Shown in pieces: positions 20,431 through 30,806 of a stretch of DNA of 64,000 nucleotides (positions are counted from its first letter, which is position 1; each line of letters begins with the position of its first letter). The position numbers and the translations under genes were made by a program. Below the pieces are notes generated by a model. That model had not been told where the DNA came from. It worked only from the letters and a program-made list of their open reading frames with translations, and did not search any database. The stretch is from a virus. The stretch spans positions 1-64,000 of the IMG/VR virus record IMGVR_UViG_3300032245_001466, one strand, 5' to 3'.

Positions 20431-21000
20431 ATGGCATTCGACAAGAGCGCACTCAAGGATTACGTAGATGTTGCAGAGCGCATCCGTGCGTGGTACGAAG
20501 CGTACCCAAACGCACGTATTGAAACAAATATTATTGAGCACACCGAAAAGCGTGTGGTGATTGAGGCAAAAGCATATCGTGGCGAAACCCCCGAGGACAA
20601 GCCGGCTGGCGTTGGCCACAGCGCCATGCAGATTCCAGGAGCAACGCCATATACTCGTGGTTCCGAGATTGAGAACTGCGAGACATCGGCTGTTGGTCGC
20701 GCGCTGGTGATGGCGGGCCTCCCATCAAAGCGCATCGCCTCAGACGACGAGATCAAGTCAAAGGGCGGAACGTCCAAGACTCTGGCAAAGGCAGCGGCAG
20801 AGATTTTTGATGATGCCGTTTTGCCACCGCACGTTCAGAAGTATGTTGACGAGTTTGACGCCGCTACAACGGTTGAGCAGCTCAATGCAATTGGCCAGAA
20901 GATCAACAATTCTTCGGCAGACGGCGTTGAGATTGACGATCTCTCTCGCCAGTACCTTGTGAATAAGTTCAAGACACGCCGAGCGGAGATTGCTGGATGA
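20431..21000 (+). CDS. Single-strand annealing protein (Rad52/Sak-like)
   Basis: YVDVAERI..ENCETSAVGRAL..G motif; paired with a nuclease. Confidence 0.65.
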   Translation: MAFDKSALKDYVDVAERIRAWYEAYPNARIETNIIEHTEKRVVIEAKAYRGETPEDKPAGVGHSAMQIPGATPYTRGSEIENCETSAVGRALVMAGLPSKRIASDDEIKSKGGTSKTLAKAAAEIFDDAVLPPHVQKYVDEFDAATTVEQLNAIGQKINNSSADGVEIDDLSRQYLVNKFKTRRAEIAG

Positions 21001-21869
21001 TTCCAGAGAGGCACCCAGAGCACGTTAGCGTAAGCGAGTTACGCGAGTTTCTTTCCTGTCCTCTTAGGTGGTGGTACAAATACCGCCTGGGTATGTGGAC
21101 GGAAAAAACAACGCCATACTTTGCTCTGGGCACCTCTGTCCACGCTGGTCTTCAGAAGTGGTACGAGCCAATTACTGGCGGCAAGCAGCATGGCGACCTT
21201 ACGAAGGTCTTTGATTACTACCGAAAGACTTGGGCACTTGAATCGTCAAAGGTTGACTGGACTGGAGAGAAAGATCGAGACCTTCTGAGTGAAGGTTTTA
21301 ACGGCGAGGAGATGCTTCGCGCCGCGATCTATGCCGGCGACGATTGGGAGGCGAAGGCCGTTGAGCATGCGATGTTCTCGGAGATTAAGCACTCAAAACT
21401 TGGCAAACTACCAATTAAACTGAAGACGCAAGTTGACATGCTTACCAAGGGTCTTGACGTTGTGGAGCACAAGACCGCTCAGCGAAAATGGGAGGCCGAA
21501 CGAGAGCACGGAGACATTCAGGCGACCGCTTATGCGCTTGCCGTCCGTGAGAACTATTCCCACGACCCGACGGTTACCTTTAACATCATTAGCAATTCCG
21601 CAAAGGGTCCGAATGTTGATCGAAGAATGACGACAAGAACGCAGAGCGAAATTGATAAGTTGTACATTGGCGCTCGGGCATTTGTTGACGCAATCGAAAA
21701 GGGTGCGATCTATCCAAACCCAACAGCGTTTGCCCACGCGACGTGCGAGTTCAAATCGCTGTGCAATGATTGGGAGAGCCACCCGCAGAAACTTCCAGAT
21801 ACGCGAAAGAAACTTTATGATAAGGTTCCGACCCTAAAGAAAGATCTCTGGCCAGATCACGACTGGTAA
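20997..21869 (+). CDS. PD-(D/E)XK (RecB/Cas4-like) exonuclease
   Basis: S.S....FLSCP..W, GTSVH, VD..VEHKT, Q..AY, C.F..LC. Confidence 0.85.
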   Translation: MIPERHPEHVSVSELREFLSCPLRWWYKYRLGMWTEKTTPYFALGTSVHAGLQKWYEPITGGKQHGDLTKVFDYYRKTWALESSKVDWTGEKDRDLLSEGFNGEEMLRAAIYAGDDWEAKAVEHAMFSEIKHSKLGKLPIKLKTQVDMLTKGLDVVEHKTAQRKWEAEREHGDIQATAYALAVRENYSHDPTVTFNIISNSAKGPNVDRRMTTRTQSEIDKLYIGARAFVDAIEKGAIYPNPTAFAHATCEFKSLCNDWESHPQKLPDTRKKLYDKVPTLKKDLWPDHDW

Positions 21870-21891
21870 CGCGCAAATTAAGGAGGGGAGA

Positions 21892-22056
21892 ATGTACGAC
21901 TGGGCGATGAAGTGCGCCACTTGTGGCGAAATCAATACTGCCGAGTTTTTCCAGGGCGATGACAACGTTTGTATTGATTGCCAGGTGGAAATCATTTCGG
22001 ATGCGCCGAAATTTGACCAGCTTTCCTTTGCCCTTGATGACGAGGGTAGTAAGTGA
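21892..22056 (+). CDS. Small zinc-finger protein (54 aa)
   Basis: AGGAGG RBS; CATC..CIDC; GTGA overlap with next gene. Confidence 0.6.
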   Translation: MYDWAMKCATCGEINTAEFFQGDDNVCIDCQVEIISDAPKFDQLSFALDDEGSK

Positions 22057-22742
22057 AGCAGCAGATTATTCCGATCGAGGAGATGGTCGAAGTGCGCGTT
22101 TATTGGCGCTGCTACAGTGATCTTCCGCGGCACGCGAAGCTGTGGAGGCTTCCCGACAATAATGCGCGCTGGGCATGGATTACGTTGCTCTGCGCGGCAT
22201 CCGAGACTAACGGCGTCTTTGAGTCTGATCAGCACGTTGAGGCACTTATTGGAACACAGAACGCCAAGTATCTTCCGCACTTCCGCCGAGTCGGCCTGCT
22301 TGACGGGCTCGTTGTTCATGACTGGGATGAGTGGCAGGAGCCATCAGACGGGTTAACCGAGGCTCGTGAGCGCCTTGCTGAGGCGGGAAGGTCGAGACTT
22401 GATCGACTTGGCCTAAGGGATAATCATGAAACGCCAATAACGCGCAGTCTTAAGGAGTGGCTTGGCTACGTTGTCGCTGGGCCAAACACGCAGGGCAGGC
22501 TTGGGGAGTTTTTTGGCGCAATGCTTGGCGTTGTCCCGCAGCGAAATGACTACAGCAGGATTGCGAAGTTGATGAAAGATTTTCCTGGCGGCATTCCTGC
22601 GCTTATGGCTGCCGTTTGCGACGCCGCCCTCCGTGACCTCAAGGGCGACCCGATCTCGTATTTGACAGCGGTTGGGCAGAAGCGTAAGATGGCTGCTCCT
22701 CGGCAAACGAGCAGTACGCGCGATGCGCATTTGGAGGGATAA
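22053..22742 (+). CDS. Putative replication initiator
   Basis: Directly upstream of DnaC-like loader; H.KL..L....WITLLC..VVHDWDEWQ N-terminal pattern. Confidence 0.55.
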   Translation: MKQQIIPIEEMVEVRVYWRCYSDLPRHAKLWRLPDNNARWAWITLLCAASETNGVFESDQHVEALIGTQNAKYLPHFRRVGLLDGLVVHDWDEWQEPSDGLTEARERLAEAGRSRLDRLGLRDNHETPITRSLKEWLGYVVAGPNTQGRLGEFFGAMLGVVPQRNDYSRIAKLMKDFPGGIPALMAAVCDAALRDLKGDPISYLTAVGQKRKMAAPRQTSSTRDAHLEG

Positions 22743-23383
22743 TGCAAGAGACGATCTATATGGGAGACATTGAGAATCGCGTCAAGCCACCAACGGACAT
22801 CCACGCCGCACTACTGAAGGCTGGAATTCCGCAGCGGTATCTTGATAGTTCGTTTAAGAAGTTTAACGTGCAGAAAGAGTCTAAGACCGCGTTTGAGGCG
22901 GCAGCAGATTGGGCTCGGTCACCGATCACGGATCGTGGCCTGCTGTTCGTGGGCCCTCCGGGAACGGGTAAGACCCACCTTGCAGTCTCAGCCGTGCGAG
23001 AAAAAATCACAGAGGGGATCTCGGGAATCAAGTTTATCAACGTGCCACTGTTTTTAGATAGAATTCGCATGTCGATGAAGTATACTGATTCGGAAGTGAT
23101 CACTCTGTTTGAGCACTGTCTCGAGAAGGCTCCAGTCGTCGTTCTTGATGATCTTGGGAAAGAGAAAGCAACAGACTGGGCAGCCGAGCGGCTGTATGTG
23201 ATGGTGGAGAGCCGATATAGTGCGTGCCGTGCGACGATTGCCACGACGAATCGTGGGCTTGACGAACTCGACGCCCTTGGATATGGGGCTCTCGTCTCCC
23301 GCCTACAGCAAACCTGTCGCGCTGTCAAAGTGGGAGGGGAAGACCAGCGTATCCGACTTGGAAGGCTGGACCAGCCCGCTTGA
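22742..23383 (+). CDS. DnaC/IstB-like AAA+ helicase loader
   Basis: GPPGTGKT, VVLDDLGKE, RY....TIATTN. Confidence 0.9.
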   Translation: MQETIYMGDIENRVKPPTDIHAALLKAGIPQRYLDSSFKKFNVQKESKTAFEAAADWARSPITDRGLLFVGPPGTGKTHLAVSAVREKITEGISGIKFINVPLFLDRIRMSMKYTDSEVITLFEHCLEKAPVVVLDDLGKEKATDWAAERLYVMVESRYSACRATIATTNRGLDELDALGYGALVSRLQQTCRAVKVGGEDQRIRLGRLDQPA

Positions 23384-23735
23384 GATTTACCTACCGGGGC
23401 GGCCGCCGTCTTGGAATCGCGCATATCGAGTGGCGAACAGAATTATCTACATGACACGAGAGGCAAAAGCGTGGAAGGAGGAAGTGACAAAGAGGACAGA
23501 GGCTGCTATACTCAGCAGACCGGATTTTATTCCGGTGGATAAGAAGCGAATTGTCATTGACATTTGGGCGCATCTCAATCGCCCGATGGACGCAGATAAT
23601 TTGCTGAAGCTCACGCTCGATGCGGTCGCGACGGGGCTTCATGTGAACGATCGCTGGTTCATACCACGTGTGTGGGAACTAGAGTTTGGGAATAAGGATG
23701 AGCACATTGTCCTTGTTCTCAGTCAGGAGTTATAA
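23358..23735 (+). CDS. RusA-like Holliday junction resolvase (start uncertain)
   Basis: PPSWN..DADNLLKLTLDA..NDR. Confidence 0.85.
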   Translation: MEGWTSPLEIYLPGRPPSWNRAYRVANRIIYMTREAKAWKEEVTKRTEAAILSRPDFIPVDKKRIVIDIWAHLNRPMDADNLLKLTLDAVATGLHVNDRWFIPRVWELEFGNKDEHIVLVLSQEL

Positions 23736-24113
23736 ATGGCTAAGGAGAGACTAGAGATCACGGGGCGACTTGGCGCGAAGCCAGAGTTGCGCGCAACCAA
23801 GAACGGCAAGCAGGTAAGTTCATTCAGCGTTGCCGTAAAGAACAAGCGCGGCGGCGAAGAGACCACCAACTGGTACGACGTTTCCGTATGGGAGAAGCAG
23901 GCAGAGCTTGCGGTCCGACTGCTCGACAAGGGTGACCTTGTGTGCGTTGCTGGATCGCCAAGCGTGAAGACCTTCACCACCCGCAATGGTGAGCAGAAGG
24001 CTTCGATCCAGATCACCGCGCAGACGTTTGATTTGCTCGCAAAGGGCAAGGGCGCTGGCGGGAGCACGGCCGCAGCCGCGGAGGAGCCAGACTTCTCCGA
24101 CATCCCATTCTAA
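23736..24113 (+). CDS. ssb: Single-stranded DNA-binding protein
   Basis: ITGRLG..PELR, W.DV.VW, KGD.V.V.G, C-terminal DIPF. Confidence 0.95.
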   Translation: MAKERLEITGRLGAKPELRATKNGKQVSSFSVAVKNKRGGEETTNWYDVSVWEKQAELAVRLLDKGDLVCVAGSPSVKTFTTRNGEQKASIQITAQTFDLLAKGKGAGGSTAAAAEEPDFSDIPF

Positions 24114-24600
24114 TCGTGGACCTCGGTACGTTCCTGAGTTACGTGGGCGCAGTTGTAGTTGGATCAACGCTCACGCTGGCTTTGTGGACAATCTGGTTCA
24201 GGATCGTTAATCGATAGCAGTTCACTTCTCTTTATGAGACCCGTACCCAAGAGTTGCCTAGTGGCTCTTGGGTACGGGAACTAGTGAACCTGCGCGCGAG
24301 GCTCAAGATGAAACAGAATCGCATGGTTATCGCCATCAAAGACGATCTTGTCCAGATACTCCCGTTTTCTGCATTGTATTCAGATCACACGGGAAAAATT
24401 TTTTGCGGGAAAATTGAGGTAGCGGCTAGTGATGCTGTACACCACATACGCTTGCTACCCAACCGCCGCTACCAGCAACTCCGTTTGACAAAGTTCATCC
24501 CCATGTATTACCCTCAGTTGTACAAGGCTTGGGTATTGGATGCCTGGCATGTAAGTAGCCCGATGAGCGAGAACTCCATCGGAAAAATAAGGAGAGCAAA

Positions 24601-24975
24601 GTGAGAGAAGGTCTCGACGAGATTGTGGACGCCAGAATGGAGACCACGGTCTACAAGCCTGTAATTGAACAGATTGAAGGCGTGATCTACGCAGACGGCT
24701 GGGAGGATTGCCTGGTCGGCCATGGAAACATCTTCCACGGCAGCGATGGCCCAAAGGTTGTCGCCATCTATGACCGAACCAAGATGGTTGAGCGTCTTGG
24801 CAAGGATTTTGAAGACACCTGCGAGGCCAACAACGGCGCCCTACATGAGGATTGCGACCATATCGGCGAGGCAGATGAGTACATCTCCTACAACGTCGAA
24901 GGTGCGTTCTTTAAGACAGGAATGCCAGTCTACGCGTCTTTTCAGGCCCCAACAATCAACGTGGAGGAGATGTAA
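24601..24975 (+). CDS. Conserved-looking phage protein
   Basis: AGGAG RBS; ADGWEDCLVG..AIYD..EYISYNVEGA. Confidence 0.65.
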   Translation: MREGLDEIVDARMETTVYKPVIEQIEGVIYADGWEDCLVGHGNIFHGSDGPKVVAIYDRTKMVERLGKDFEDTCEANNGALHEDCDHIGEADEYISYNVEGAFFKTGMPVYASFQAPTINVEEM

Positions 24976-25538
24976 TGGCAAAGAAAAAGACTGAAGCCAC
25001 AGAGACGATTGAAGTCCGTATGTACGACGAAGAAGTCGGGGATTTCTACATGCGCTCCGTGCCAAAAGTGCCAGTCAGTGCTTGCGTCCTTTGCGGATGC
25101 GCAGGATGCCTCAGTGATAAGTGCTGTGAGCATCTTGAGTATTGGGGTTCGGAGCATGGTCAGCCAGCGCGCTATCAGGTGCGCACGCTTGCCGAGCGAA
25201 TCGAACGACTCGAGGGGCTCATTACCAAGCTGGAGCGCAATCGTACCGACGCGGTTGCAGCGATTACCGCTGTGGTCTCGCAGTACGAAAAATCGAGTTA
25301 CCAGCCGCAAGAGGTCTCGGTCCTCAGGACGCTCAAGGCAGCACTCAGCGAGGATGTTGTGGCGACCGGGCGAACGTTCTGCCATAAGGACGAGCACTTG
25401 TGCTCTGCGTGCAGTTGCCAGAAGTGCAGCGCTCGAATCTATCAGGCGTTGAAGAACAAGCACAATTGGGATTCGTTTACGCCAGTTCCGGAATGCTGTG
25501 GTCACAAAGACTACACGCCGGATGAGTTGCCGTTTTAG
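24975..25538 (+). CDS. Cys-rich hypothetical protein
   Basis: GGAGG RBS; TAATG coupling. Confidence 0.6.
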   Translation: MAKKKTEATETIEVRMYDEEVGDFYMRSVPKVPVSACVLCGCAGCLSDKCCEHLEYWGSEHGQPARYQVRTLAERIERLEGLITKLERNRTDAVAAITAVVSQYEKSSYQPQEVSVLRTLKAALSEDVVATGRTFCHKDEHLCSACSCQKCSARIYQALKNKHNWDSFTPVPECCGHKDYTPDELPF

Positions 25539-25547
25539 GCAGAAGGA

Positions 25548-25979
25548 ATGAAGATCATGACAAAGCGAACCGTTACAGTTGACACGTCGTGGATTGGCGG
25601 GGCTAAGGGGAAGGCTCTTGGCTTTGTCCTTGGGCTTATCGTTGTGGCGCTCATTGCGTTCAGTGTCGGTCACGACGGCGGATACAAGGAAGGTCTTACC
25701 AAGGGACTTGAGGATGGCAATAAGGCAGGATTTGATCGCGGGGATCGAGCTGGATTTGAGAATGGCTACTGGAGCGGACGAGAAGATGGTTGCCTCTGGG
25801 TGATTGATTCTTCAGGTAAGCAGTACGTCATTGGTTCTGGCAATCCGTTCACCACGTGGTACTACCTGATGGACCTTGGGTCAATCTATATCACGCGATC
25901 TAATTGCAGCACTGATGGACACGGCAATGCTCCATACGAGCCATCGACCTATGTTCCAAGCACAACGGATACCAACTAA
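25548..25979 (+). CDS. Membrane protein with GxxxG repeats
   Basis: One TM helix followed by GYKEG/GLEDG/GFDRG repeats. Confidence 0.6.
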   Translation: MKIMTKRTVTVDTSWIGGAKGKALGFVLGLIVVALIAFSVGHDGGYKEGLTKGLEDGNKAGFDRGDRAGFENGYWSGREDGCLWVIDSSGKQYVIGSGNPFTTWYYLMDLGSIYITRSNCSTDGHGNAPYEPSTYVPSTTDTN

Positions 25980-26137
25980 TGTTGGCCATTGTGCAGGACC
26001 TTGTCATTGTTGTGGGCGGAGGAGTTTTGCTTTTGAGCGGAATTCTTGAACATAATCTCATCCACATGTCGATTGGCGGCGCGGTGGAGATCTTCGGTCT
26101 CCTCGCGCTGTTCTTCGATGTCACTAGGGGGAAGTGA
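25979..26137 (+). CDS. Small two-TM membrane protein
   Basis: TAATG coupling; hydrophobic 52 aa. Confidence 0.5.
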   Translation: MLAIVQDLVIVVGGGVLLLSGILEHNLIHMSIGGAVEIFGLLALFFDVTRGK

Positions 26138-26562
26138 GCATGCAATACAGCGATCTGACAGTTCAGGATATCAATCGCAAGGTCGAGCTCCTCAATCGCC
26201 TTTCTGGTTTTCCAGACGGATTTAAGGGGTACACCACGCCAGGTTTTTTCCGCACGCTGAGTGATTACGGTGGCATGAAACTTGTCAGGGTAATCAACTA
26301 CGCCGGCGGGGTCCGCGCGGTGATTCAGGGTTATCAGCATCCAGACGTTCTCCTCACCAAGTTAGACGGCTTCATTGCCGGATGGCATGAGGGGAAGATG
26401 ACGCTGGAAGAGTACAAGAATATCGCCGACGATTACGAGAAGCGTGGTAATCTCGTCTCGGCACCGTCAGGGGACGAGGCTGCTGAACGGAAGTTCCTTC
26501 AGCCGCTCAATCCAGATCCAATTGCGGCGCTGGCGAAAACACTTAGAGGAGGGAAGAGATGA
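26134..26562 (+). CDS. Hypothetical protein
   Basis: Overlapping start/stop in operon. Confidence 0.6.
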   Translation: MSMQYSDLTVQDINRKVELLNRLSGFPDGFKGYTTPGFFRTLSDYGGMKLVRVINYAGGVRAVIQGYQHPDVLLTKLDGFIAGWHEGKMTLEEYKNIADDYEKRGNLVSAPSGDEAAERKFLQPLNPDPIAALAKTLRGGKR

Positions 26563-26972
26563 TTAGCGAAGTAGAGTGCAATTGCGCGTGTGTTGGTTGC
26601 TCTGAGGGCAACTGCTGCGACCATAAGGCGTGGGTGCAGGGTTTTTCTGATTACCAGCGCGGTGCAGCGGTGACCGCTCGCGGAGAGGTGTACCTCACCC
26701 CAGAGTACGGCCGTATCGCCATCGCAGCCATGGGGCTCGCAGGAGAATCTGGCGAGTTGATTGACCACCTCAAAAAGGTCATCGGTCACGGTCACGCCGT
26801 AGACAAGGACTATCTGACCAAGGAGCTTGGTGATATACTCTGGTACGTGGCGGAGATTGCCACCGTGTCTGGGATAGACCTTGGCGATGTCGCAGTTGCC
26901 AACGAGAAGAAACTACGACTTCGCTACCCGCAGGGGTTCTCTGTGGACCGAAGCGTTAACAGGAGAGACTAA
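26559..26972 (+). CDS. MazG-like nucleotide pyrophosphohydrolase
   Basis: GLAGESGEL...KK..KELGDILWY..N..KL..RYP.GF. Confidence 0.9.
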   Translation: MISEVECNCACVGCSEGNCCDHKAWVQGFSDYQRGAAVTARGEVYLTPEYGRIAIAAMGLAGESGELIDHLKKVIGHGHAVDKDYLTKELGDILWYVAEIATVSGIDLGDVAVANEKKLRLRYPQGFSVDRSVNRRD

Positions 26973-27682
26973 TGCCTGAACTGAACGCCAATATTCCGTC
27001 AATTGAGTGCTACGTTCGTGGCAACTATTTGCGCGATCAGGAAGACAGCCACGACAAATACTTCCCAGTTGTCGTCTTCGGCGTCGCTTCTATTGCCGGA
27101 AGAAGCCCACTCTTTCACTTTATGATGGAAGACGGTGGGATCTGGTGGAGGGCCCCGCTTAGTGCCTTCTGCGCAAAGCCAGGCGTTCCAGAAGTGGACA
27201 TCCACGATCTTGTGCTGTGGAATTCATTTTCACACAACATCAGCGTGACAAAGTTTTACGCGCTGGATGGCATGCGCGTCTCGTACATTGATCGCCACAA
27301 GAACAACATTGGCGGAAAGTATCTGTTCACGCTGGACTGGAGCGCGCCGGACTACAACACGCTGGATGTCGGGTATAGCCAGAACCCAGGGCAGCACAAG
27401 TGCGGTCACATGATCCTGCGCGACGATGGTAACTTTGCCATTCAGCCAAACAACCGCATTCATCTTTATGACCCATCGTTCTCTACGAAGCCGAACGAAA
27501 ACCTGATTCAGCGTAAGGTCAATACCCGCAAGTGGGATGTCGAGGATGCGGCAAAGTGGATCACGTCCGACGACGATCTCTACAACTACGGCGTGGTAAG
27601 CAACCCGCTTAATTTTACGGCGCAAGACCTTGAGCCGTTCTTCCTGACCAAGAAAGGACCGAACGATGCCGAAGCCAAATAA
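26972..27682 (+). CDS. Conserved phage protein of unknown function
   Basis: 236-aa ORF in operon; YLFTLDW, QHKCGH, QPNNR. Confidence 0.7.
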   Translation: MPELNANIPSIECYVRGNYLRDQEDSHDKYFPVVVFGVASIAGRSPLFHFMMEDGGIWWRAPLSAFCAKPGVPEVDIHDLVLWNSFSHNISVTKFYALDGMRVSYIDRHKNNIGGKYLFTLDWSAPDYNTLDVGYSQNPGQHKCGHMILRDDGNFAIQPNNRIHLYDPSFSTKPNENLIQRKVNTRKWDVEDAAKWITSDDDLYNYGVVSNPLNFTAQDLEPFFLTKKGPNDAEAK

Positions 27683-28475
27683 GTACGCTCCGAACGCAAG
27701 GCCAGAACAGAAGCCAATCTCTTTGTATGTCGGTGGCCCAATTGCTCATGATATGCACCCCCGCAATACGATGGGGCTGATGACGCTCCAGCGCGAGTGC
27801 GGAAAAGCTGGCATCCCGTTTAAGTGGAAGATTGTCCACGGCTCTTCGGTCTTGCCAGATGCGAGAAACATTGTGTGCTCGCAGTTTCTTGAATCAGACG
27901 CTACGCACCTCTTTATGGTGGACGCAGACATTGAGTTCCAGGGCGTTGATGTCTTGCGCGCAATTGTGACGGGTAAGGACATTGTTGGTCTGCCGTGCGC
28001 AAAGAGACAGCCACACTTTGACCTTGCGGCGGAAGTGCTTCGAAAGTACCCAGAAATTCCAGGAGAGAACCTGCCTGCTTATCTTGGCGGAATGAACTTC
28101 CTTCCGTTGAATGAAGAAACGCAGCCAGAGCAGGACATGACGCTAAAAGTTACACACATTGGAACAGGCGCAATGATTATTAGCAGAAAGGCGCTGGAAA
28201 CATTTATTGCCGCCTACCCAGACCGATGGTATAGAAACACGATCACCGGTCAGGACCTTAAGGAATTCTTTAGATTTTGGAATAATCCTGAGACAAAAGA
28301 GCAGTGGGGTGAGGACTACGGATTCTGCATCGATATGCGGAACGCAGGTGTAGACGTTCACGTGCTTATTGACGCAAAAACGATTCATTACGGATCATTT
28401 GGCTTTGAGGCGGACTTCTCTAAGCTCGCCGTGCATTACATTAAGGATGTGGATGTGGAGGTGGAAAATGGTTGA
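27666..28475 (+). CDS. GT-A fold (family 2-like) glycosyltransferase
   Basis: ARN..FL...THLFMVDAD, GTG.M.I.R, GEDYGFC, H. Confidence 0.75.
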   Translation: MPKPNKYAPNARPEQKPISLYVGGPIAHDMHPRNTMGLMTLQRECGKAGIPFKWKIVHGSSVLPDARNIVCSQFLESDATHLFMVDADIEFQGVDVLRAIVTGKDIVGLPCAKRQPHFDLAAEVLRKYPEIPGENLPAYLGGMNFLPLNEETQPEQDMTLKVTHIGTGAMIISRKALETFIAAYPDRWYRNTITGQDLKEFFRFWNNPETKEQWGEDYGFCIDMRNAGVDVHVLIDAKTIHYGSFGFEADFSKLAVHYIKDVDVEVENG

Positions 28476-28776
28476 GCAGAATAAAGAACTTGGGGTTATT
28501 GCCAGCGAGATTAGCAGCAACCTACGGAAGTTGATCTCTTCACTTCCAAGTGGTGAGCGCCTGTCGTCGATTGAATACAATCACGATCAGGCCGAGTGGA
28601 TTGCGGCATCATCCCGATGGAACGAAGAAGAGATGTCCCCGCCGTCCATGCTGAATTACCTCCGACCAGAGGGTGAGCCACTTGCCCCAAGCGGCGCATG
28701 GGTAACGGTTGGTAGGGCAACGGGCGCAAGCATCGGCGAAGCAATCAAGAACCTTGTTGAGGACCGCGCAAAGTGA
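28468..28776 (+). CDS. Hypothetical protein
   Basis: GGAGG RBS, in operon. Confidence 0.55.
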   Translation: MVEQNKELGVIASEISSNLRKLISSLPSGERLSSIEYNHDQAEWIAASSRWNEEEMSPPSMLNYLRPEGEPLAPSGAWVTVGRATGASIGEAIKNLVEDRAK

Positions 28777-29024
28777 GCCCGCGCTGGATGGACTACGCCA
28801 CCCTCTCGCACGAAGAGGCAGAGGCAGAGATCAACCAATCCGGCTATTTGCTCGCAGCCATTCACCACGCCTTCGTAGACGGGGACTGGATGGCAGTCTC
28901 CTACGACAAGAAGGGGCGCAGAATTACCGCAAAGGGCAGAAACCCGCAAGAAGCCGTCTGTAAGCTTGCGTGGGAGCTCCGGGTGCGGCTAGATGGTAAA
29001 GAGGGCTCTACGGGCCGCAAATAG
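28773..29024 (+). CDS. Hypothetical protein
   Basis: GTGA overlap; last gene before the cassette region. Confidence 0.55.
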   Translation: MSPRWMDYATLSHEEAEAEINQSGYLLAAIHHAFVDGDWMAVSYDKKGRRITAKGRNPQEAVCKLAWELRVRLDGKEGSTGRK

Positions 29025-29277
29025 GCCTTTCTGTGGGGTTTGGAAGGCGCTTGGGGGCTGATTATCGAACCGCCAACCCCACTGCTGTGAAAAATCCGCC
29101 GGTGTCCCTAGCGCAGGGGCCAGGGGGGGCCTCGAGGGCGCACGAGAGGGGTTAGACCCGACCCTCCGGGTCTATCAGTCGACCAGATACAGACTGCGTG
29201 CGCGTGGCATTCTCTCCTCAGCGGCGAGACACTCTCGCCCATAGACGCATCGGACGCGATGCGAGAAGGAGTCAATC

Positions 29278-29574
29278 ATGACGGATCGAGTAGACGCAAT
29301 CGGAGCCACGCTCCTCGCAATCTTCGCGGCAACGGTTGCCGCTATGATCTTCGGCAGCGTGCCGTTCAGCGTGCTGAACGATCACGCGTTCGCCTACGCG
29401 GTGATGTCGCTCACGATGGGCGTCATCGCAGCGGTAGCGTTCTTCGCTCTCATGGAGTTCGTTGTTGTTCCTGTTGTCGATAGGATCTACTGGGCGCGGC
29501 GAGCAGCACGCCAAGAGCGCGAGCGCATTGAGCGCGCTTATCGCTCGTGGTCAGTCACGCGCAATCAGCGCTAG
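29278..29574 (+). CDS. Cassette gene, two-TM membrane protein
   Basis: AAGGAG RBS; hydrophobic helices with basic tail. Confidence 0.7.
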   Translation: MTDRVDAIGATLLAIFAATVAAMIFGSVPFSVLNDHAFAYAVMSLTMGVIAAVAFFALMEFVVVPVVDRIYWARRAARQERERIERAYRSWSVTRNQR

Positions 29575-29805
29575 TCGGATTCACCCGCTGTACCGCGGAC
29601 GCGCGGTGCGGCGGGTGGTTCGTTCGCGCCCACCTGTGGCCGCGTTCGATCTCACACACACATAATATAAGTAAGTAACTAAGTAATCTGACTAACCTAA
29701 CAGGTTCGAGACAGCGCTCCGCGCTTATCGAGGCCACCTAATGACTGACCGCTATCGTGGCATTCTCTCGGTGCGGCAGTTGCCGTATAGTTTATTGGAG
29801 GGTGT

Positions 29806-30120
29806 ATGTTCGAGTATGGTGAACCAGTCGTATCCGCAACCTACCGCAACGACGCGGTCGCAACGGTCACGATGACCTATCCGTCATTGGAGGGCAAGCT
29901 TCCAATGTGGTACACGCTTGATTTGACAATCGGCGATCTACCGCGTCTCGTTTGGGGCTACGGCGAATGGAAGGCGGGTAGCGTCAGCGATACGCCGCGC
30001 GTCTACTCACTGCTCAAGAATATTGGCGTGTGGACGGATGTGCCAGCGTTCATCCGCAGGGATGTTCTCAACGACTACGCGTCATTGGTCGGCGTGACCA
30101 TTCGCGGCAGCGTCCTGTAG
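29806..30120 (+). CDS. Cassette gene, hypothetical
   Basis: GGAGG RBS after type-A element. Confidence 0.75.
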   Translation: MFEYGEPVVSATYRNDAVATVTMTYPSLEGKLPMWYTLDLTIGDLPRLVWGYGEWKAGSVSDTPRVYSLLKNIGVWTDVPAFIRRDVLNDYASLVGVTIRGSVL

Positions 30121-30345
30121 CGCACGCAACCCCCATCGTCCAGACCATCGGGTCTGGGCGGTGGGTGGTTCGTTGGCCGCCCCCCGATGGGCACAGTTCG
30201 ATATCGAGACTCCATAATATAAGTAACAGCCTAACTAAGTTCGAAGCGGCGCTCCGCGCCTAACAACACCACCTAAACGAATCTGCTGCTCGTGGCACTC
30301 TCTTGGTGCGGGGCAACAGCACCGCAATAGTATGGAGGGAATCAA

Positions 30346-30561
30346 ATGGCGTCAACGGCATGGAATCGCAAGAGTGCTGATTGGTATCAGCACAAGGCTA
30401 CTGAGATCGTTGATATTGCGATGGACCTCACGAATCCATCGGCAGACCTGGCGTTGGGTCTAGCCCACAAATGCGCAACGGCGTGGAGCCTCTCACCGCT
30501 CAATCGTGAGAAGTTCATGATGCTCGTATACGCAACGTTCAAGAACGCAATCAAGAAGTAG
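30346..30561 (+). CDS. Cassette gene, hypothetical
   Basis: GGAGG RBS after type-A element. Confidence 0.75.
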   Translation: MASTAWNRKSADWYQHKATEIVDIAMDLTNPSADLALGLAHKCATAWSLSPLNREKFMMLVYATFKNAIKK

Positions 30562-30806
30562 ATCGACCAATAGGTCGGCAACAGAATCCACTCGCGGGTC
30601 GCAGTCGATGCGGCTCGCGGGTGGTTCGTTCGCCACCACACACAGGCCAGAGTTCTATCTCGAAGCTATGTAATATAAGTAAGTGGGTAACTAAGTTCGA
30701 CGCGGCGCTCCGCGCCTAACATGCCCACCTAAACAACACTCTGGCGTGTGGCACTCTCTGGTCAGCGGCGGACGCGCCGCGTAATCGTATAGTAGTAGGA
30801 GGTAGT

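Noticed and set aside
20997-21869. Cas4 as evidence of a CRISPR adaptation module
   Set aside because: Paired with an SSAP as an ordinary phage recombination exonuclease; no Cas1/Cas2
22742-23383. IS21 element suggested by the IstB-like ATPase
   Set aside because: No IstA transposase or terminal repeats; sits in an initiator-loader-RusA-SSB context
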